Assembly (NCBI GenBank): GCA_040235475.1
Contig: JBECKY010000043.1
Coordinates: forward strand, 20,476-84,475
Length of the DNA: 64,000 bases
Source: Pseudomonadales bacterium
GTDB lineage: Bacteria > Pseudomonadota > Gammaproteobacteria > Pseudomonadales > UBA3067
Reading direction: 5' to 3'
Shown here: positions 60,165 to 64,000 of the stretch, one piece after another
How the letters are laid out: every line of letters begins with the position of its first letter
Position numbering within the stretch: position 1 is the stretch's first letter
Position numbers and translations under genes: made by a program
Notes under the pieces: generated by a model
The model's input: the letters and a program-made list of their open reading frames with translations, nothing else
What the model was told of the DNA's origin: nothing
Databases searched by the model: none

Positions 60165-62051
60165 ATGGCAGGCCGGATACCCGAATCTTTTATCGACGAT
60201 GTGCTCGCACGCACCGACATTGTTGAGCTTATTAACAGCCGGGTTGCGCTGAAAAAATCCGGCAAAAACTATGCTGCCTGCTGCCCCTTTCATCAAGAAA
60301 AAACCCCTTCCTTCACCGTCAGCCCCAGCAAACAGTTCTACTATTGCTTTGGCTGTGGCGCCAGCGGCAACGCTGTGGGTTTTCTGCTGGACTATGAAAA
60401 ACAAAATTTTGTCAATGCCGTACAGTCATTGGCACAATCTGCAGGGCTGGAAATGCCCAGCGAAGACCTGCCAGCGCAACAAAACTTTAGCCCGCTGTAT
60501 GAAATACTTGAAACCGCCCAACGCTACTATGCCCATGCGCTGAAACATTCCAGGCACAAAGCCAAAGCCGTTAACTACTTAAAAAAACGCGGCTTAAGCG
60601 GTGAAATTGCCAAGCAATTTGGCCTGGGCTACTCACCTCCCGGTTGGGATAATCTAATTGGCGCCCTGCAAAGCAAAAACAAAAACCTCGCTACTGCTTT
60701 AAGTGCAGGTTTGGTGATTGAGAAAAGCGCAAACCACTACTATGATCGCTTCCGCGAACGCATTATGTTCCCGATTCGCGATAGCCGGGGTCGCATTATT
60801 GCCTTTGGCGGGCGGGTCCTGGGCGATGAAAAACCAAAATATTTAAACTCTCCCGAAACCCCCATATTCCGCAAAAACGAGGAATTATACGGCCTCTACG
60901 AAAGCAAGCAGTTGAGCTCAAAACTCGACAGGTTTTTAATTGTTGAAGGCTACATGGATGTTATTGCCCTGGCCCAAAACAACATCCACTATGCCGTGGC
61001 CACTCTGGGCACGGCCACCAGTAAAAACCATTTGGAAAAGCTGTTTCGCCTCGCCCCTGAAATTATTTTTTGCTTCGACGGCGATGATGCCGGCTTGAAA
61101 GCAGCCAACAGAGCCATGGAAATCTGCCTGCCCTGCATGAAAGACGGTCGGCAAATCAAATTTTTGTTTCTACCAGAAGGTGAAGACCCTGACTCCATGG
61201 TGCGCAAAGAAGGCAAGGAGCTTTTTGAACATAGAATTGAGCATGGGCAAACCCTTCCTGACTATTTTTTTAGCTACCTGAGCGAAAAAGTCAACGTTAA
61301 TACCATTGACGGCAAGGCTCGCCTCACCACCCTGGCGACTCCCTACATCAACATGCTGCCAACAGGTGTGATTCACCAGCTGATGATGACGCAACTGGCT
61401 GAATTAGCAGGCCTTGAGCTTGAAACCCTAAAGCGCCTACTGGATCAGCAACAGCCATCAAAACCAAGCCATAGATCACCCCAAGCCAAACGGTTCGCCG
61501 CAAACCCTGGCTATGATGAGGCATTCAGCTATACCGACCACCCATCCAGCCCCTCGCCTGACTTTGACGACTACGAAGCCCATGCATTTACAAACCACCC
61601 TGAACAAGCAACAGGCCTGTCATTCAAAACCGACCCCGCACGCACACTGACAGAAAAAACCATTCGCCTGTTACTGCTTTCACCGGCCCAGGCAAGCGAT
61701 ATCAGCACGCCGGATGAAATGGCCAACCTTGACCTGCCTTGCATTAATACCTTAAAGGAACTCATCGAATTCCTAAGAGCCAACAACGGCGCCAGCACAG
61801 CCACGGTACTTGGCCACTGGCATGGTACCCGGCAAGGTAAATGGTTAGCCGAAATAGCCGCAAAAGAGTTTTTACTGCCTAATGAACATGCCCAACAAGA
61901 ATTCCAGGATGCCCTGGTGCAATTGCGAAAATTCTGCATCAATTATGCTATTGAGCAACAAATTGAAGTAGATCGCATCAATCAAAGCAAAGATAGTTCA
62001 AAATTAAAAAGCCTACTAAAGCAAAAACAAGCGTTTATTAACAATAACTAG
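60165..62051 (+). CDS. dnaG: DNA primase
   Basis: 628 aa. Zinc ribbon CCPFHQEKTPSF...YYCFGCGASGN and a Toprim domain EGYMDVIAL...DGDDAG. Confidence 0.97.
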   Translation: MAGRIPESFIDDVLARTDIVELINSRVALKKSGKNYAACCPFHQEKTPSFTVSPSKQFYYCFGCGASGNAVGFLLDYEKQNFVNAVQSLAQSAGLEMPSEDLPAQQNFSPLYEILETAQRYYAHALKHSRHKAKAVNYLKKRGLSGEIAKQFGLGYSPPGWDNLIGALQSKNKNLATALSAGLVIEKSANHYYDRFRERIMFPIRDSRGRIIAFGGRVLGDEKPKYLNSPETPIFRKNEELYGLYESKQLSSKLDRFLIVEGYMDVIALAQNNIHYAVATLGTATSKNHLEKLFRLAPEIIFCFDGDDAGLKAANRAMEICLPCMKDGRQIKFLFLPEGEDPDSMVRKEGKELFEHRIEHGQTLPDYFFSYLSEKVNVNTIDGKARLTTLATPYINMLPTGVIHQLMMTQLAELAGLELETLKRLLDQQQPSKPSHRSPQAKRFAANPGYDEAFSYTDHPSSPSPDFDDYEAHAFTNHPEQATGLSFKTDPARTLTEKTIRLLLLSPAQASDISTPDEMANLDLPCINTLKELIEFLRANNGASTATVLGHWHGTRQGKWLAEIAAKEFLLPNEHAQQEFQDALVQLRKFCINYAIEQQIEVDRINQSKDSSKLKSLLKQKQAFINNN

Positions 62052-62276
62052 AAAAAACTTAAATTGTCCTTGAAACTACCAGCCAAAAACACCATCTAAA
62101 TAGTTAGTGAACACTTCTTTTTAGTGAGTGGCGCGGCGTGGCAATTCAAGCTATAATCCGGCGTTTATCTTTCCACTCGCCCCACTAGGAGATGGTTCCA
62201 ACCTGGGCAGCCTGGCTTGCAACAACTTTCAATAAATAATAGGTCAATAGACTTTTAACTGAGCTAAAGTAATTCG

Positions 62277-64000
62277 ATGACAGAGCAAATACAGCAACAA
62301 TCCCGCTTGAAATTACTCATATCCCAAGGTAAGGAACAGGGCTACCTGACCTATGCTGAAGTCAATGATCATCTTCCGGATGACATCACTGACCCTGATC
62401 AAATTGAAGAAATTATCAATATGATCAATGACTTGGGAATTCAGGTGCATGAGACCGCACCGGAAGCCGATGACCTGTTAATGACTGGATCAGACAGTGC
62501 TGACGAAATTGCCGAAGAAGAGGCCGCTGCGGCACTGGCCTCGGTTGAAAACGAACCCGGACGCACCACTGACCCGGTTCGCATGTACATGCGTGAAATG
62601 GGCACAGTAGAGCTGCTCACACGCGAAGGCGAAATCATCCTGGCCAAGCGCATTGAAGAAGGCACTCGTCAAATACTACAAGCCGTTACCTCATGGCCCG
62701 GGGCAGTAGAATTTGTAATCAATGAATACGCCAAAGTCGCAACTGAAGAAAGGCGCCTAAACGACATCATATCCGGTTACCTGGATCTTGATGACCCTGC
62801 AGCTGTACCTGCCAATAATTCTCCGGTAAAAAAAGAAGAGCCCAAAGCTGGGAAAGATGCCAAAAAGCCTGTTAACACTTCTGATTCCACTAAAGACGAT
62901 GATGACCAATCTGATGTTGAAGATGATGATTCCATCGACGGTTCACTGGATCCTGAATTAGCCCATGAGCGCTTCACCAACCTTGGCAAAGCCCACAAGC
63001 GTTATCAAAATGCATTGGGGAAATACGGACGCGAAAACAAACGCACCGATGCCGCACTGCTAAAGCTTTCAGAAGAATTTAAAACCTTTAAATTTGTACC
63101 CGCCATTTCCGAAAAACTGGTTTCTATGGTGCGCTCAGTACTGGATCAGATTCGCCATGAAGAACGTAAGATCATGATGCTATGCGTTCGCAAAGGCCGC
63201 ATGCCCAGAAAAGACTTTATCAGCAAATTTCCCGGCAATGAAGTCAATTTACGCTGGCTTGATAACCAAACCCGTGGCAAAAAGGCCTATACAGAATCCC
63301 TTAAGGCCTTGAAACCAGAAGTGCAAAAATGCCAGAAAAGATTTATTGCTATCGAAGAAGCCTGTGGCCTGACTGTAGCCGAAATTAAAGACATCAGCCG
63401 ATGCATGTCCATTGGCGAAGCCAAAGCGCGCCGCGCCAAGAAAGAAATGGTTGAAGCCAACCTGAGGCTGGTGATTTCCATTGCTAAAAAATACACCAAC
63501 CGCGGCCTGCAATTCCTCGACCTGATTCAAGAAGGCAACATTGGCCTGATGAAAGCGGTGGACAAATTTGAATACCGACGCGGCTACAAATTCTCCACCT
63601 ATGCAACCTGGTGGATCAGACAGGCCATCACCCGCTCTATTGCCGATCAGGCACGCACCATTCGTATTCCGGTACACATGATTGAAACCATCAACAAACT
63701 CAATCGTGTGTCACGCCAAATGCTACAGGAAATGGGCCGCGAACCCACCCCGGAAGAACTGGGTGAGCGCCTGGAAATGCCTGAAGACAAAGTCCGCAAG
63801 GTGCTGAAAATTGCCAAAGAACCCATCTCCATGGAAACCCCCATTGGCGATGACGAAGATTCGCATTTAGGTGACTTTATCGAAGACCAGGGTATCGACT
63901 CCCCCTTGGACTCCGCCACCGTTTCCGGCCTGCGAGAAGCCACTCGAGAAGTTCTGTCCGGCCTAACCGCTCGCGAAGCAAAAGTGCTGAGTATGCGTTT
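62277..64000 (+). CDS. rpoD: RNA polymerase sigma-70 factor RpoD (5' portion; continues past the window edge)
   Basis: Absent from the ORF track because no stop lies within the window. Own translation from ATG 62277: [36 protein letters not shown]... Later segments: [11 protein letters not shown] and region 2, [59 protein letters not shown]. Confidence 0.97.
   Translation, partial: MTEQIQQQSRLKLLISQGKEQGYLTYAEVNDHLPDDITDPDQIEEIINMINDLGIQVHETAPEADDLLMTGSDSADEIAEEEAAAALASVENEPGRTTDPVRMYMREMGTVELLTREGEIILAKRIEEGTRQILQAVTSWPGAVEFVINEYAKVATEERRLNDIISGYLDLDDPAAVPANNSPVKKEEPKAGKDAKKPVNTSDSTKDDDDQSDVEDDDSIDGSLDPELAHERFTNLGKAHKRYQNALGKYGRENKRTDAALLKLSEEFKTFKFVPAISEKLVSMVRSVLDQIRHEERKIMMLCVRKGRMPRKDFISKFPGNEVNLRWLDNQTRGKKAYTESLKALKPEVQKCQKRFIAIEEACGLTVAEIKDISRCMSIGEAKARRAKKEMVEANLRLVISIAKKYTNRGLQFLDLIQEGNIGLMKAVDKFEYRRGYKFSTYATWWIRQAITRSIADQARTIRIPVHMIETINKLNRVSRQMLQEMGREPTPEELGERLEMPEDKVRKVLKIAKEPISMETPIGDDEDSHLGDFIEDQGIDSPLDSATVSGLREATREVLSGLTAREAKVLSMR

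Noticed and set aside
63249-63943. Minus-strand ORFs of 142, 70 and 98 aa.
   Set aside because: They are antisense to the unmistakable rpoD reading frame.
1-64000. A window-wide scan for CRISPR arrays, IS elements or transposases, integrases, phage genes, and tRNA or rRNA genes.
   Set aside because: I found no regularly spaced direct repeats, no transposase or integrase-like ORFs in the track, and no tRNA-like T-arm sequence (GGTTCGAATCC) in any intergenic region I read. This was by-eye inspection only, so tRNAscan, Infernal and a repeat finder should confirm it.

Overview
This 64-kb window looks like the core chromosome of a moderately AT-rich gammaproteobacterium. It holds about 50 protein-coding genes and has little non-coding space. 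I found no rRNA, tRNA, CRISPR array, IS element, integrase or prophage gene.

Gene order, left to right:
- Tail of a probable molybdopterin oxidoreductase, an ABC1-type kinase, a PP2C phosphatase/Ser-Thr kinase fusion, and a LysR regulator divergent from fpr.
- Membrane pyrophosphatase hppA divergent from soluble ppa, then a DUF2333 gene.
- dsbD-aroQ-prmA-DUF3426-dusB-fis-purH-purD, followed by a RetS-like 7TMR-DISM hybrid kinase.
- An orphan AAA+ ATPase, then hinT-coq7, speD-VOC-osmC, crp/vfr and a second 7TMR-DISM hybrid kinase.
- trpCDGE, a DUF2799 lipoprotein, rpe, murU-amgK, and lptD-surA-pdxA-rsmA-apaG-apaH.
- prkA-yeaH-ycgB, an EamA/DMT transporter, cca, a pteridine reductase, folK-folB, plsY, tsaD, and rpsU-yqeY-dnaG-rpoD (rpoD runs off the right edge).

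From memory, this order closely follows three Pseudomonas aeruginosa core loci: dsbD to retS, trpG to the HIT gene, and rpoD to trpE. The departures from that order are therefore the most informative places to look.

I found no clear new multi-gene system. The observations most worth a second look are:
- An unannotated 44-codon Val-run/Trp-Trp ORF followed by an intrinsic terminator, directly upstream of the EamA transporter. This may be a leader-peptide attenuator.
- Two AT-rich 7TMR-DISM hybrid kinases 5.7 kb apart. One has lost the G1/G2 ATP-binding boxes and the other carries a pseudo-receiver.
- A tail-anchored PP2C-kinase fusion with a glycine-free P-loop.
- An orphan Ycf46-like AAA+ ATPase.
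- The prkA operon behind a 630-bp AT-rich leader with sigma54-like and sigmaS-like promoter motifs.

All functional calls rest on reading the supplied translations and my own translations. No database search was run.
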